Shown: positions 38,397 to 51,543 of the stretch, in pieces
Numbering within the stretch: position 1 is the first letter of the stretch
Layout: every line of letters begins with the position of its first letter
Origin: Pelomyxa schiedti
Lineage: Eukaryota > Protista > Evosea
Length of the DNA: 64,000 nt
Reading direction: 5' to 3'
Assembly: GCA_020536535.1 (NCBI GenBank)
Contig: JAHLWZ010000791.1
Coordinates: 62,001 to 126,000, forward strand
Translations under genes and position numbers: made by a program
Notes under the pieces: generated by a model
The model's database searches: none
Told to the model about the DNA's origin: nothing
What the model saw: the letters and a program-made list of their open reading frames with translations, nothing else

Positions 38397-40742
38397 ATGG
38401 GTGCAACAACGAACAAGGAGACGCGGAAGGCTCCGACCCCCGCCAAAGCGACCGCACCAGCCCCAAAGAAAAACCCTGAGGCCACAGTTAGCGTATCTAA
38501 GGTCCCGAGTTCCAACAACGCCCCCCGAACCCACAATGCGGGTTGCGGGGGTGTGGTCGCTACCAGCAACAACACCAACAACAAGAAGAACCAACTCGAC
38601 GACGAGTCTCTGGCAAGTTTCGCCGCCACCGGAGTTCTCCCACAATCGACTGCCGTCAGCTCCGAAGACAGGTCGCGGATGCTCACGGCGAGGCGCGCGC
38701 ACGTGACCCGGGTGTTCGGCGACACCAGCGGCGAGATGTGGAGGATCCTGCCAAACTGCCGCAACACAGCGAGGTTCATGATCGACGAGGCTTATGGGAC
38801 GGCGACGAGGGAAATCGTCTCGGAGCGGTTGTACGGCAAGTACTCGGCGCCGTTCCACAACAGGTGGGACAGGCCGCCGAGAACCGCCGGCGCGGTGGAA
38901 TTACGGGACGAGGAGGAGTTTCTGAAGCAGATTGGCGTGGACCTGAAATCTCAGGGAGTTTTACCTGAAGGGGACCGGCCGCCACTGAATGTTGTTTTCG
39001 TTTGTTTCTCATGAGAGTTGAAAATGGCAATGTGCATTTGTGTTTTGGTGCTAGTAGGTGATTTGGTGTGCTATTTTGGGCATGGGATCCCTATTCTGAC
39101 TTCAGTTGAAACAGGAGGAACAAATGAAGGCTGTGGAAGCAACAATTGCTTGGAGAAGGCAAAGACCGTGTGTTGAGTGGGCTAGAAATCTCCGGGCTGC
39201 TGGATTCAACTCAGTTTTGCTATCTTGTGCTTGTAGTCACGCTTGGGCTGACTGGTACACTGTGGAATGCCAAGCTCTTATGAAGACGTCAAGCTTATGG
39301 AAGCGAATACTGTGTAGTGTTTCCTCCTCTATGCTTTCTTTTTTTAACCAGGAAAAAGTGTGCTCTCAGGACGCACAAAGAGCTATGGTTTCGTTTATAT
39401 GTGGCAGTCATCCCCGTGCTGGGAAGCACAGTCCTCTCCAAGTTCTGTCTTCAGATATTCTCCAAGCAATTGCCAACACCTCTGTTAAATATGACTGCAC
39501 TCTTTCTGATGGCTTGCAAAGAGAGCCACCACCCACAGATGTCGATATATCCCTAGACTGCTACAGGAGTTCGTGGACAAAAAGAGATGACATTGACTCA
39601 AGGATGACGGCATTTGGGAACTATTCCCCTGAAGAGCATATTGCCGAAACGGCCATTGATGCCGGTAAGTAGATCATTCCAGCTTAATCTATGTTGATCT
39701 CTGGACAAGTTGGAAAAGCGTACAAACTTTTATTCGACTCTGGGGTTTGGGTGAGACTTGATGACTTTATAGAAGCTGTTGGTAACAAGTAAAAGCAAAA
39801 AGGTGAAAGGATTAAATCAAAAACTAGAGGCAGGAAATATTGGTGTTCTGAAGTGCATAGCCTTGTTTCAGAGTGCTGAATGTGCAAATGCACCGCCGAT
39901 CAGATTTATGGCACAGAGACTGTGTGAAACACTTATTGGATCTTCAATAGCCAAAGAAGTTCTCCATGTATCTTAGACAATCATTTTGATGTTCCTCTAA
40001 TTCAATCAAGTTTCGAAAATGCTTTACTGGAGATGGGAAGGTAACAATGGCAAATGGTACCAAAAAGTAATGTTCCAAGCTGTCTTAATTCAAACCAAAA
40101 ACGAACTAACAACAGATGTGTAAAGGATATTGTTGTTGGAGACATTGTGGCCACTGAAGCCACGCCGAAATCTGTTGTGAAAATTGAAGTCCTAAAGGTG
40201 AATGCTGTGACCTCTATGTGCTGGATTGGAGACACATGGCTAACACCAGGGCACCCCATTTCTGTGGTAAAAAATATTGATGCACAATGTAAATAGTGAC
40301 TAACACAACAAACAGAATGGCAATTGGATTCATCCCTTTGAAGCTGTTTCTGTGCAGGAAAGATTTGTTTCAGAATTGTTCAACTTTGAGCTTGAAGGAG
40401 GTCCTCTGAGCCCTAATCATTCAGTTTGGATAAATGGCGTCCTGGTGTGCGCCCATAATCCCGCGCCCACTCCCTCTTGCCCACAGGAAGCGGACTAACC
40501 CAAACCAGGTTTGTACTCTTGGCAAAGACTGTGGTCCCCGAATAACAACTGGTTGGCCCAGAGCCAATGAAATAGCTGGAACTGGCTATTGGCGAAATTC
40601 CTCTTCCCACTGGGCCAAGTCAGTTCTATCACACCTACACTGTGAAGTATAAATACCCACCCAAACACACATCACTCCCAGGCTGAATGAGGGGGATCCT
40701 GTTGAAATTTGTGAGCGTGCTTTCCTTCTTTGTAGGGGATAA
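38397..40742 (+). CDS. Protein with a C-terminal Hint (Vint-type) autoprocessing domain
   Basis: Spliced translation gives CFTGDGKVTMANGTKKCVKDIVVGDIV (block A), WLTPGHPI (block B TxxH), WIHPF and LFNFELEGG..HSVWINGVLVCTLG. Stop TAA at 40740-40742. Confidence 0.82.
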
Positions 40743-40824
40743 ATCAAAAAAAAAAAACCCGGAGCTCAGGCGTTCGCGTTAAAAACAGAAAAACAACAAA
40801 AAGGGGAATTAAATCTGGTATCTG

Positions 40825-43800
40825 ATGCCTAGTTGTGCACCGGTTGTAGCGACGTCGTCTGGGCGCATGTGGTGGTCCACCGTGCAGGAGGATGACGCCT
40901 TCGTATTGCAACGTGTATGCATTTCTTTTTTTTTTCCCCATTTTCCCCCCCCCTTTTTTTTTTGTTTTGTCCCCCTCCCCTGCAGATAGTTGTTTTGCTG
41001 TTCTTTTTTTTTTTTTTACAAGGGGATGGTTATTGTTCATTTTTAATGAACCCAACCAAACAAAAAGCACCGGTTTAAAGTCGTAAATGGGGAGGCACCT
41101 GGTTACAGGATTATGATCACACACAATTCGGTCATTATTGCCCAAGCACATAGCGAGCAAGACATAATGTCTGATTGGGAATCGGTACATCAGGTTCTTG
41201 ACTCTGAGGCAAAGAAGGTTGATGAACCTCCTGTGCTTCCTTGCTTATTGTATTTACCTTCATAATCAAAGGCAACTTTACGCTCCTTGTCTGCAACATT
41301 TCTGAAATCAGTTTTTGAAGATCTTTGGAGTGCATCACACCCCACGACTGACACTCAAATCGTACTCCACATTTCCTTTTCTTTTAGGTTAACGCAAACA
41401 GACTGAAGAAACAATTGTTGGTGAGGCTAATGTCGAAATTTTTCAAGGTCTTTGACTCTTACCTCCATATTTCTTTCTCATAATCTTCCAGCAATCCACT
41501 CTGGTGAGGCAGGGCAGCTGCATAAAGTTCTCGTTAATTTGAAAAAGACTTTGGCTTCCCTTACTTCTTCGGCATCTTCTTCCACAGGCACAATATCCCT
41601 ACAAGACAGAGTACTGGAAATGCCACAAATGTCATCTCCTCTGCATGTGGCTGCTTTATATGATCGTATAGATGTGTGCAAGGTGCTTCTCGATCACGGT
41701 TTTGATTTGAATGCCAAAGATATTGATGGGTTTGCTCAACAGAATTAATTCTAAGTTTAATGTTTTTTTTTTTAGATGGTATGTCAGTTCATGAAAGTTT
41801 CATTATCAATGTAAATTTTCAAAGGTGTCCTCTCCACATAGCAGCATCGAAGGGCAACTTTTCAATATGCAAATACTTTCTTGAACAGAGTACTTAGCTC
41901 TTGATAAGCTCTCTCACAGCTGTCTTTTCTTAATAGAGGCCATTGGAGTTCTTGCTGTTGGAGATGATGGCACATCAGCTCTTCACAATCTTGCAACACA
42001 TGCTTCACTGACCACAAAAGAAACCAGCAAGCTTGTAGAATGCCTTGAACTGATGTTACAAAAGGGTTTACAAGTCAATACTCAAAACTCGTATGCTTTC
42101 TGTTAAAGTAACTCCGCAACCAATCAGTGATTCCAGATTAGGGCACACTCCCCTCCACCAAGTAATTTTTTCCCCAAGTTTCAGTCTCCTAATTTCTCCC
42201 TTTTGTTGTGCTTAGGCTGCTTTATCAGGAGCTGTTACAGTTGCTCAAATCTTACTAAAGCACAATGCCAACCCCAATTTATCAGCAGAGTGTGTTTTCT
42301 TTTTTTCTTTTTGTATGAAGTAATTTTTCCTGTCCAGTGATGGACAGACTCCTCTGCACTTAGCTGTGAGAGGTGGACACCAACCTGTTGTTAAGATTTT
42401 GGTAGATTCGACATGATGCCTTTTTTTTCACGAAAATTAATCATAAAAAAAAAGATGGACAACGGTGCTAACCCAACAGCTCAGTCCGAGAATGGCACTC
42501 CACTACAGGTGTAATAAAAGAAATGTCCTGATAATGCCACTAAAACTTTTCATCTTGAAGATTGCCTTTAGGATGTCAAGTCCTGCAGTGGAACTTCTAG
42601 TCAAAGGGGCTCTTCAAGGTAAGCAGCCCGCTTCCCAAATTCTGCTGTAACATTCCCTAGAGGAATACCGCCGAGTTGATGAAGCTTCATCACAACCAAA
42701 TATCCAAACATCAGCAAATGACCTGTTAAATTCCCATGATCAACAGCTCACTTCTAAACTGTGTGTTTGTTCATTATACTTGATCGATTACCTGAAATAA
42801 TGCTGTTTCTAGGGGCGACTCATACCTGCGGTGTGGTCTTTCTCCAAATGAAGTGTACTTTGATGTATACTCCTGTGTGCACAAGAGCGGTGGTTCTGCC
42901 CCAGGACTCTTGCACATCTTCGAGCACTATATCTGCTTTATTCCAAGCCAATCTGATACAAGCAAGGTGAAAATTCCTTTTTGACTTTGGTTTTTTTAAA
43001 AGAAAAAAGCAAATCATAGCCTTGGTTGATGTAACGGACATTCAAAAGAAAGACCCATTTTCAGGAGTTGCTGCCATTGCCATTACTGCTTCCAACAAGG
43101 TATGGTTTTTAACACAACCTTCTGACTAACCCACTCAAGAAATATGTGTTTTCATTATATCTCCGTGATGGTACTTAAAACGGCTATCTTTTTTTTTTTT
43201 GCCTAATTTCTCACCCAGAGGCTTATAATCTTATTAACTATTTGTTTCAACGGTCCTCAATTATTTCCCCTACACCACTAGTTTATCCTTCTGGTTGTGT
43301 ATTATCGTAGTATCTGTATATTTCTAATACTGGTTGGGCATTCCATAGATACTGAACTCCAACGCCTTGCCAAAGTTGGCCGTGTTAAGTTCCCAGAGCA
43401 CCATGCGTCCTACTTAACACACTTTCCAGCTGAATCTGCAACCTCTGCCCTAATCTATTGTGTGCAGTCATCTTTAAGTTCTTCAGCATTAATGGCTGCA
43501 CAGACACCTCAGGCACCCAAGTAAAAAAAGCTCCAAGTGTCCGTATTGATGGCTCTCTGTATCTATCTTCACAATTTCTTTGTTTCCTTTCTTCTGGGAA
43601 AGAGCCTCAATCTACTGTGTCACTCCACTTTTTTTGGGTTTTTTTATTTACAAAGGCAGGTCATAGAATTGGGGCAAGTTATACACCTTTCAACAGAGAC
43701 TAATTGTATGAAGTTAGAATACTTGGCTCGTTCTACAGCAGAGCCATTGGAGGTTGCAGCTTGTCTCCTTTGAGCAACAGTGTTCTCACCCTCACTTCCC

Positions 43801-46800
43801 GCGGTACAGGCACTCTTCGAGTTTTCGGCCTATCAGAATAAAGTAATGCCGTTTGTTGAAGAAGCTTGGAAAACTCAGGTTGGCATGACTGCCCTCCTTC
43901 TGTCTTACTTAAGTACAGCGTGCCAAAACTCTTCCACATGTTGTTGTTTTTGGAGTTGATACACCTCCTGGTGCGTATCTGGTTAAAGAACTTACCAAAG
44001 ACAGCCCAAAATGTTCTGTGATATTGACTTTGTGTTACTATCAGTTGAATACCTCAATTTTTTTTTCTTGAACTCACTCTCATCTAGGCTCAAACCAGAA
44101 CCGGTTCCAAATGCCAAAACTTACTGCCTTTCTTCAAATGCACAACGTAAGGACATTGAAATCCTGCTTCAAGAGGCCACTATTGTCGTAGTGCTGCAGC
44201 CTCATTATATTCTGGAGCAAACACACACACGTTTTGAACGCAAAGAAGGAAACAATAGCAACCTGGAGGAGGTCCGCGAATCTCTCTTCAGTTAGTTCTA
44301 CCAACATAACAGTTCTAATCTAACTAATACATAAAAGGTATCATCGTGTCAGAAGCAAAAAAGGGAGGAGTTTCTAAGTTCATCATGCAATCTATTCCTT
44401 TTTCCAAATTGGAAAAAGAAAATGATTCGAACTTTGCTCCACTGCCCTTGTCAACTGCCACCATTATGGGAAGGTGTGGTATGATGCTGGAGCGTTTCAA
44501 AGGAGGCGAGGATGATCTAATTCAGTCTGGGATGCCATATTGCATCATTAGGTGAAACACTTCACACTTACCTTTATTGTGACATATGTTTAGATGCAAT
44601 CCTTTGATGCAATTTTTACCCAATTTTCTCCAACTCACCACACGTCGTTCATTCAAGCTACCAATTGGGTCAGAAGAAGTATTTTACAATTGAGTTTTCC
44701 CCACCTCATTTAGTTCAGGTATCTTGGGTTGATGCAGAAGACTTTGCTTGTGTAGTTGCATCTGTTATATTCAGTCCATCTCACTCCGGGGCAATCTACA
44801 CACTATATGGTATTTTCAACCTGTGTCTCTATATATGTACGTTTTAATAACTTTAGGCCCGGAATCTCTGAGTGGTAGTGACCTGGCTACATCTCTTTCT
44901 GAGTATACTGGCCAAAATATATCTTACACACTCTCAATACCTAACGAATTTTACAATGGTACATTTTGACATTAAATTCTGCCTCTCAAACATATCCATA
45001 GGCCAGGCAGAAACCAATTCCTTTTTCACATACGAGCTTTCCTCTATTTATTTTTACCTATCTATTTGGTCTGCCCCGAATTCAGTTACTGAGCCTGAAA
45101 GTTGTTGGAACTCCATGTTTAGAATTGGCCGACCCATGATTACTGTCTCACAATTCTGGCCAAAGATTAATAGTGACTTACACATCGATTATCACCGGAT
45201 ATGTATGTTGCTTTCTTTATCACCGTTCTATCAATTGGCTTTTTACCCAGTGAGTGGAAAGGAGATAGACTTACTTCGTGCCCGGTTTTGTTCTGTTAGT
45301 GTTAATAACAACAATTCATTATCAAAAGAGTATTCCAATGTTCTCACTTTTTATTGAATAACACGTAATTCAGAGAGTTTGTTTCCTCTCTTGGTGAGCC
45401 TTTGGTTAGTGCTGGACTTGCATCAATCCTATTTCGTGCATTCAATTTGACTTCAAGGACTTCCATTGCACTGGAGGATTGTCTAACGTATAACATCCCT
45501 TGTGCTTGCACATGTTTACAAAAATAAATAGAACCATGGCTCTCATGACACGTGGAACCCAAGCACAACAGAGTGATTGTATGAGTATTTTTGCTTTGGT
45601 ATTGGATTGAAGTAACTGCAGTGTCGTTCTTGCTGTTTGATAGAGATGACAAAGGATTTATAACATATGATGATGTGACAAGAGTGTGCGCTTTCCAACA
45701 ACGAATTTGTGATAACTTTACTTTTTTCCTAAAATCTGGGTAGGATGGCCTGTCTTCAGACTTGTTACCAAAACGTTGGACTGTGCTGCGATATTGATTC
45801 TTTGCTAGCTATCTACAAAACCATTTTAGACAAGTACAATGGCGAAATCACAGTGGACGACTACGGCAAAGGTACAAGTTATTGTTTTCTTTTTCCAGTC
45901 ACTCTTACGGTTTACAACTTCAGAATTAGCTGAGTATCAGATAAACATAATGTATCTGGGTGCCCTTGGAGTGACACCAGAAAAAGAGAAACAGTCTCTC
46001 ATGCAGACTATGCCAGCAGCACCATGTGTATGGTTTGGCTGCCCCTCCTGGCAACTTGGTTCGATTTCCTTTCTATTGGCTGTGCCTTATATATATTATA
46101 GTGTCGGACCTGATGCTTGGGATACAGATTTCCGTAGTCTTCAATTTCGGTTTTTAAATCTTTTACCCTCCTTACAGACAGCTGAAGTAAGCGCGAGGCC
46201 TTTCTATGAGAATCTACTCCCCAAAGACTTCTTGGAGACTTCTGATTTCAGATTACCAACTATAGATTCTGCATTGACTACTGTAGTAGCAGAGCAGACA
46301 CCCCAATCACCAGCTCTAGCTCCTTCCCAATCATCAACCTGTAGTAGTGGTGCTCCTGTTCCTTCGCCACAACCCACTTGTGCTCAAGCAGTTCCATTGC
46401 AATCACCTCGATTATCCAATTCACCACTTGCACATACACCACAGTCCCAATCAACACCAGTACAACTAACACCACCACAGTCACTCACACTATCTCCACA
46501 ACCAGTACCAGTCTTGATTGATAACTTGGATGCAGATTCACTCCAATCACCACCTCCAGAGCCGCCAACCGAGCGAGGTCTCTCTCCCGCGTCACCCCAT
46601 GAGGACTTACAGGCATAGTTTCCCTCATTGGCTTTGGTTTTGAGTAACGCATGAAGATAAACCAAGACAAACCTACAGACGTGGAAACTTTATCTTGCCA
46701 CCCTTCCCAACGTAGAAAGAATTCTGGGACAGCAGGAGACACAGTTGCAGATCCTGCAGATACACTTCCTCAGGTAGGCTGCTTCCATGAAATTCTCATC

Positions 46801-48351
46801 TCACTCAAAAAATGAAGGAAGACTTGGAGAGTCCAGTAATATTAGGTCTCCCAACTGGGGTGACTTCAAACCCAACACCTGCAATGTCTCCTTCGCCATC
46901 AGCTGTAGTCCGGTCAACAACACCAACCATTATTCCCTCTCCTGCCAGCACTAAAGGATGGCAGTTTAGTGATGTTGCACCTGTTCCATTTAAAAGGTGT
47001 CGGGAGTTATCTGGAATTTCCGAAACAGAGTATTCTGTAAGTATCCCCAATAGCGCATGTTTTACATTTATACATCTTAGGGGTCCCTTGGTTTTGGAAA
47101 CTTTCTTGGCAATCTATTACTTGGTCGACTTTCCACTATAGTTGAACTGAAATCCTCAAGCCGGTATGTACCCACACCATAGTGAACTTCTCCAACCAAA
47201 AAAAATATTCCCAGGAGCGGATCACTTTTTTTCAAATCAGGAAATGGAAAATACTTTTGCAAAACGATTCCTGTAGAAGAAGAGGAAAGAATACTTGATA
47301 TTTTGCCGGCTTGGCTTGACGTAAGTCATGTCTGTAACTCCTGTGCTAGAAAATGAACAACTACCACAGTATTTCCGGAACAACCCCAACACTTTGCTCC
47401 CCAGATTGTATGGAATGTATCACCTCAAACGTGGTTATAACCTTGGTGGTGGCCATACACACAAGGACTTAACTCTCCTTATCATGGAAAATGTGTTCAG
47501 ATACCTTCCAGTTCACGAACAGTACGATCTCAAAGTATGGAAACACTCTTTTGTCCCATTGAGAAACTCAGTCACTGGTAGGGCTCCACAGTGGACAGAC
47601 TTGTAAAAAATGTTTCTGATCCAAATGTTGCACTTAAAGACCAAAACTTCAAGACAAAAATCCGCATTGGGTCAGCAAGGTGCAACGACCATGAAATTGA
47701 TTCCATCCATTAACCCCTAATCTTTTGAAAGGAAAGTAGTTTTGATGGAACAAATCGAGCGAGATACGCAGGTACTTCACTCTTTGGGTTTTTACTGGTC
47801 ATTTACAAGTTTCAAGTTTTTGGTAACCAGAAACATTTGTGATTTCAGTCTACTAGTTGGGATCCACAAATTCACAACCCCAATAAAGCCACCTCTTGTA
47901 GACAACAGGTTGTTGTTCCTTAATGGCACTTATCATCACTCACAATACCTGCCAGTGAGCACCGAAGTACTCCTCTTTCTACCTTGAACCCAATGGGTAC
48001 AATAAGAAGTCTGAGACCTCAGAAAGGTCTTATACGTATGAACTCTCAATGAACTTACAATCTAAGTTGACAACAACCATTTGCAGATGAGGAATTAGGT
48101 GGATTTGTTTCCGAAAAGGGGGATTGCGTATATTACATAGGAATTATTGATACTTTCACTGTCTACAATTTCCGAAAGAAAGGGGAACAAACAGCCAAGT
48201 CCTTTCTGCATGATAAAGTAAGTTTGCTTCCGCACCCATAATTTTTCACTCACTGACTCCACTTTCTGATTGCTAGTCACAAATTTCTGCCATGGCACCA
48301 GAGCCGTACCGAAAGCGGTTCCAGGCATACGTGTATTCCATAATAGAGTGA
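40825..48351 (+). CDS. Ankyrin, GRAM x2, NmrA-like Rossmann, EF-hand and PIP5K (phosphatidylinositol phosphate kinase) multidomain protein
   Basis: Ank: SPLHVAA, GHTPLH, GQTPLHLA. GRAM: YSCVHKSGGSAPGLLHIFEHYICF, DGSLYLSSQFLCF. NmrA: SGMPYCIIR, VSWVDAEDFA, GPESLSGSDLA. EF-hand: FDRDDKGFITYDDV. PIPK: SGSLFFKS..KYFCKT, MENVF, YDLKGS, LKD, DFSLLVG, GIID. The start and the single-gene continuity are inferred. Confidence 0.75.
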
Positions 48352-48571
48352 GGTTGTATGAGTGTAACAAAAAGAAACCAGTTCAGTGTTGTAACTTTAA
48401 ATTTGGAAAAGAAAAAGGCTGACCTAATGACAGGTGCCAAGCGGGCTTAGATTTTCTATCCAAAAAATCAGGTCCGTTGGGATCAGAGGAAGATCTTGGA
48501 TCCCGAACTTCCGATGGTTGTGCAGAGCAGATAAATCAAGTTCTTCCGATTACATAAAATTATCTGCTGTG

Positions 48572-49629
48572 ATGGCATCCACAGGACCGCCACCAAGCGT
48601 TTCTACGTACCCCAAAAGGAACGCAAAAGCAGCTTCTGCTGACACAACGGCACCGCCGAAAACAAACGGGTGGAACGTGTGCAGCCACGTCGTGGTGTGC
48701 GTCATAGGGCCCCACTCTGGGGAGACCGAGGATTCCTTCTTCGCCCGCAAGGCGTCCGACATCGCGCTCTGCGGGCACACCTACTGGCTGTGCCTGTCCA
48801 ACCAGATGTCGTACGACAACGTGGTGTGCGCCTGCACCGACGCCGCCTCAGCAGCTTCCAACGGCGGCAGCACTAGCAGCGCCCGTCGTACGACCGCCGC
48901 TGCGCCCTCGTCGTCGCCATCTAGTACCAGCACCACCACAACCACAAGCAGCAAAAGAGGTGCTGAAAAAGACCCTGAGGATAGTGAAGACGACGAAGAG
49001 GAAGAGGAAGATGAAGATGAAGATGAAGAGGAGGGGGAGGGGGAGGAGCATGAGGAGGACGAGGCGGAGGATGACGACGGTTGCGACAACCGTCGCGCGT
49101 GGTGCTTGTTTGTGGCACCTGCGACGCCTGGGGGCGCAAAGGACACCACAAAGTCGGTGAATGCGACTGAGGTGTCCCTGGACGGCGGGGCGACGTGGGC
49201 CCCGCTGGACAAGGGACTGACGCCTGTCAACGGAAAGCTGTCAAAGAACGGGTCGCTGGCATTTGTATTTGACAAAATCTTCGAAGTTCCAGAGGTTTGT
49301 TTTGTAGAAGCCAGCTACTGCTGTTCATTTTTTTTTTTTTTGACTGCTCACTCACTGCCACTTAATGATACTAGGGGCAAGAAATTGTAGATCTTTGGGA
49401 TTTCGCAGCCTACCCAGGTTCTGGGCCGTCTCCCGTTCCACTCAAGCTATATCTAGGAGGTAAACAAACCTTTAGCATCCTGGTTAATTTTTAACTCTGT
49501 GCAGGTTCCACTGTACTTGGTAAAAGGTGTGACACCAGCAAGATTCCCGGTGGTGTGAAATCCCATAAGAGAAAACTGGTAGCTGTAGCAAGATTTGCTT
49601 TTCCATACTGTGTAATGGTAAAGGCATAG
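48572..49629 (+). CDS. Hypothetical protein with an acidic insertion; domain resembles uncharacterised bacterial proteins
   Basis: Three exons reading VIGPHSGETEDSFFARKASDIALCGHTYW...RKLVAVARFAFPYCVMVKA. Confidence 0.6.
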
Positions 49630-49748
49630 ACTCTAAAACCAAAAAAAAAAAAAAAAAGCTCTCACAGCCCTGTTGTTACTTACAAAAAAAAAGCATTTGT
49701 ATTTTTGCCTAGTCCATGTACAAAAACAAAAACCGGTATGGTGCAGTG

Positions 49749-50069
49749 TCAATCCTCTTCGACTTCAAATGGTTCAGAGCCGGAAGAGTCGGCGCGTTTT
49801 GGCAGCACAGCAGGCAGCGTTGGGGTGCCGGGAGCTCCGAAATCTGAGGAGTCTACCACTACCTGGGATATGATGTCTCCGTCTCCGCCGTGGCGCTGGC
49901 AGCGGCAGCCGTACTTGGCCAGGTCGGTCGTGGGGCAGTAGGACTCGCCGCAGGTGGAGCACCGAGTGGTGCCGCCACCAGTTACGTTGGTGGCCAAAGA
50001 AGGGTCCGGCGCCGTTGGCGAGGCGTGGTTGCTGCCGCCTCCATTTTTGCTGGAGTGCGTTGCACCCAT
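49749..50069 (-). CDS. Small hypothetical protein with an N-myristoylation motif and a Cys/His cluster
   Basis: MGATHS (MGxxxS) and CSTC...C...CRCQRH, with GC-rich codon usage. Confidence 0.5.
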   Translation of the reverse strand: MGATHSSKNGGGSNHASPTAPDPSLATNVTGGGTTRCSTCGESYCPTTDLAKYGCRCQRHGGDGDIISQVVVDSSDFGAPGTPTLPAVLPKRADSSGSEPFEVEED

Positions 50070-50587
50070 TGGCTTTGCTTGTGGCGGTTAGGAGTTCGTG
50101 TGCCTTGTTTTGGTTTTTGAGGCGGTTTCTGATGAATTTGGAGAATTGATGTTGGTTGTCATTCACTGAGGCTGTGGCCTCCTGGAGGGCCAAAGGTAAC
50201 AAAAATAACAAACCTTTTTCAAAACCCCATTGGCACAGTGAGTTCCACAATTCCCCTCCTCAAAAGGTTCAACAACACACCCAACGCAGGGTGTGCGAGA
50301 GAAGGTTTCCTCGATTTGAACGATGACTGCGAGCCTTATGTCATGACTGGTCACCTGCACCGCACAAGCAGTTTCTAAATTTGCGTCGCCTTGTAGTCCT
50401 TGACCCGTGCGAAAATGATGGGTTCCATTCACTGAAACTGGGAGGATACCAAACTACATTCGAGGTACTGCTTCTTTAGACGCAATTCTTCTGGCATGGT
50501 CCTGCCCCAACTTGGGCAGGGAAGTTGCAGGGTCTTAGGATCTGATCTGCTCACACCACATTGGTCAAAAAAATAACATAAAAAAAA

Positions 50588-51403
50588 ATGTGGCGCCAGG
50601 GAGACACTCGTGTCGTTCCGCGGGACGCCGTTGTTGAGCACAACTCGTGCCGCTTCGTTCTCGGGAACCCCCCTCGTCTGGAATCCCTCCTCCTGGTCCA
50701 AGACCAAGGCCCCGCCGAACCCATAATCGCCCACGGCAGCCCGATCGCCGACACCGACCTCGCCTCGTGGTTCCGCAACAGCAGCTACACCCTCGGGGAG
50801 CGCAGCGTGCGCTACGAGGTGCTCCCCATCGCCGTCTCGCCGCACCCGCCGGTGCTCCACAGCGCCGTGCGGTGCAACGTCGCGTGGGTCGCCGCGTCGG
50901 GCGCGATGGGCGCGGCGTGCGGCGTCGCCTCGGCGTCCGTGGCCGCGATCCGCGGGCGCGACCGCGAGGCCGCGCAGGGGGTCCGCGGCGCCGACGTGCT
51001 CGCCGCCGGGATTGTGGGATGCCTGATGGGCTCGGTCGGCGCCCTGGCGTTTGGCGGCCTGACGTGGGAGCACAGCATCCAGGTCACTCTGGCCCCTGGG
51101 TTCGAGTCCGGGAAGCGCCGGATCTCTTTTTCCTCGCCTGGTTCTGGCTCTGCTTCCGAGTGCGCTGATTCTGCTTGTGTGGTGAGGAGGCGGACAAGGC
51201 CCTTGGGGTTGTTCAATCTGAGCGTGCCGAGGTGCTTGATGTCTGTGAACATGCCGGCCAGTTTCAGTGGAATCTTGTTTGCCAGCAGGAAAACGACGGC
51301 TTGTGCACAGAAAGAGGGGAGCCGGACGAGGAGGGCTTCAGAGCTCAGGACTCCCGCAAGTCTGTTTGCAGAGAGGCCAAGTTGGTGGATTCCGTTTATT
51401 TGA
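50588..51403 (+). CDS. Hypothetical intronless membrane protein (271 aa)
   Basis: ATG follows an A-tract, GC3 bias is strong, and there are two Gly/Ala-rich hydrophobic segments. Confidence 0.6.
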   Translation: MWRQGDTRVVPRDAVVEHNSCRFVLGNPPRLESLLLVQDQGPAEPIIAHGSPIADTDLASWFRNSSYTLGERSVRYEVLPIAVSPHPPVLHSAVRCNVAWVAASGAMGAACGVASASVAAIRGRDREAAQGVRGADVLAAGIVGCLMGSVGALAFGGLTWEHSIQVTLAPGFESGKRRISFSSPGSGSASECADSACVVRRRTRPLGLFNLSVPRCLMSVNMPASFSGILFASRKTTACAQKEGSRTRRASELRTPASLFAERPSWWIPFI

Positions 51404-51543
51404 TTGTAGGCTTGCCAAAGAGAAGTGTAACAATAGCCTTTGTTTAGTTGGTTTTACTTGTTGTTGGTGTAAAAAGTTCTATTAGAAATAACAGGTATTT
51501 TGACGGGCTGGACAAAAAAATGAGGGAAAAAGGTGGTGGGCAC

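Noticed and set aside
40019-40520. Hint domain as a mobile intein
   Set aside because: There is no C-terminal His-Asn, no homing endonuclease and no conserved host extein, and it is interrupted by spliceosomal introns. It fits a Vint-type domain.
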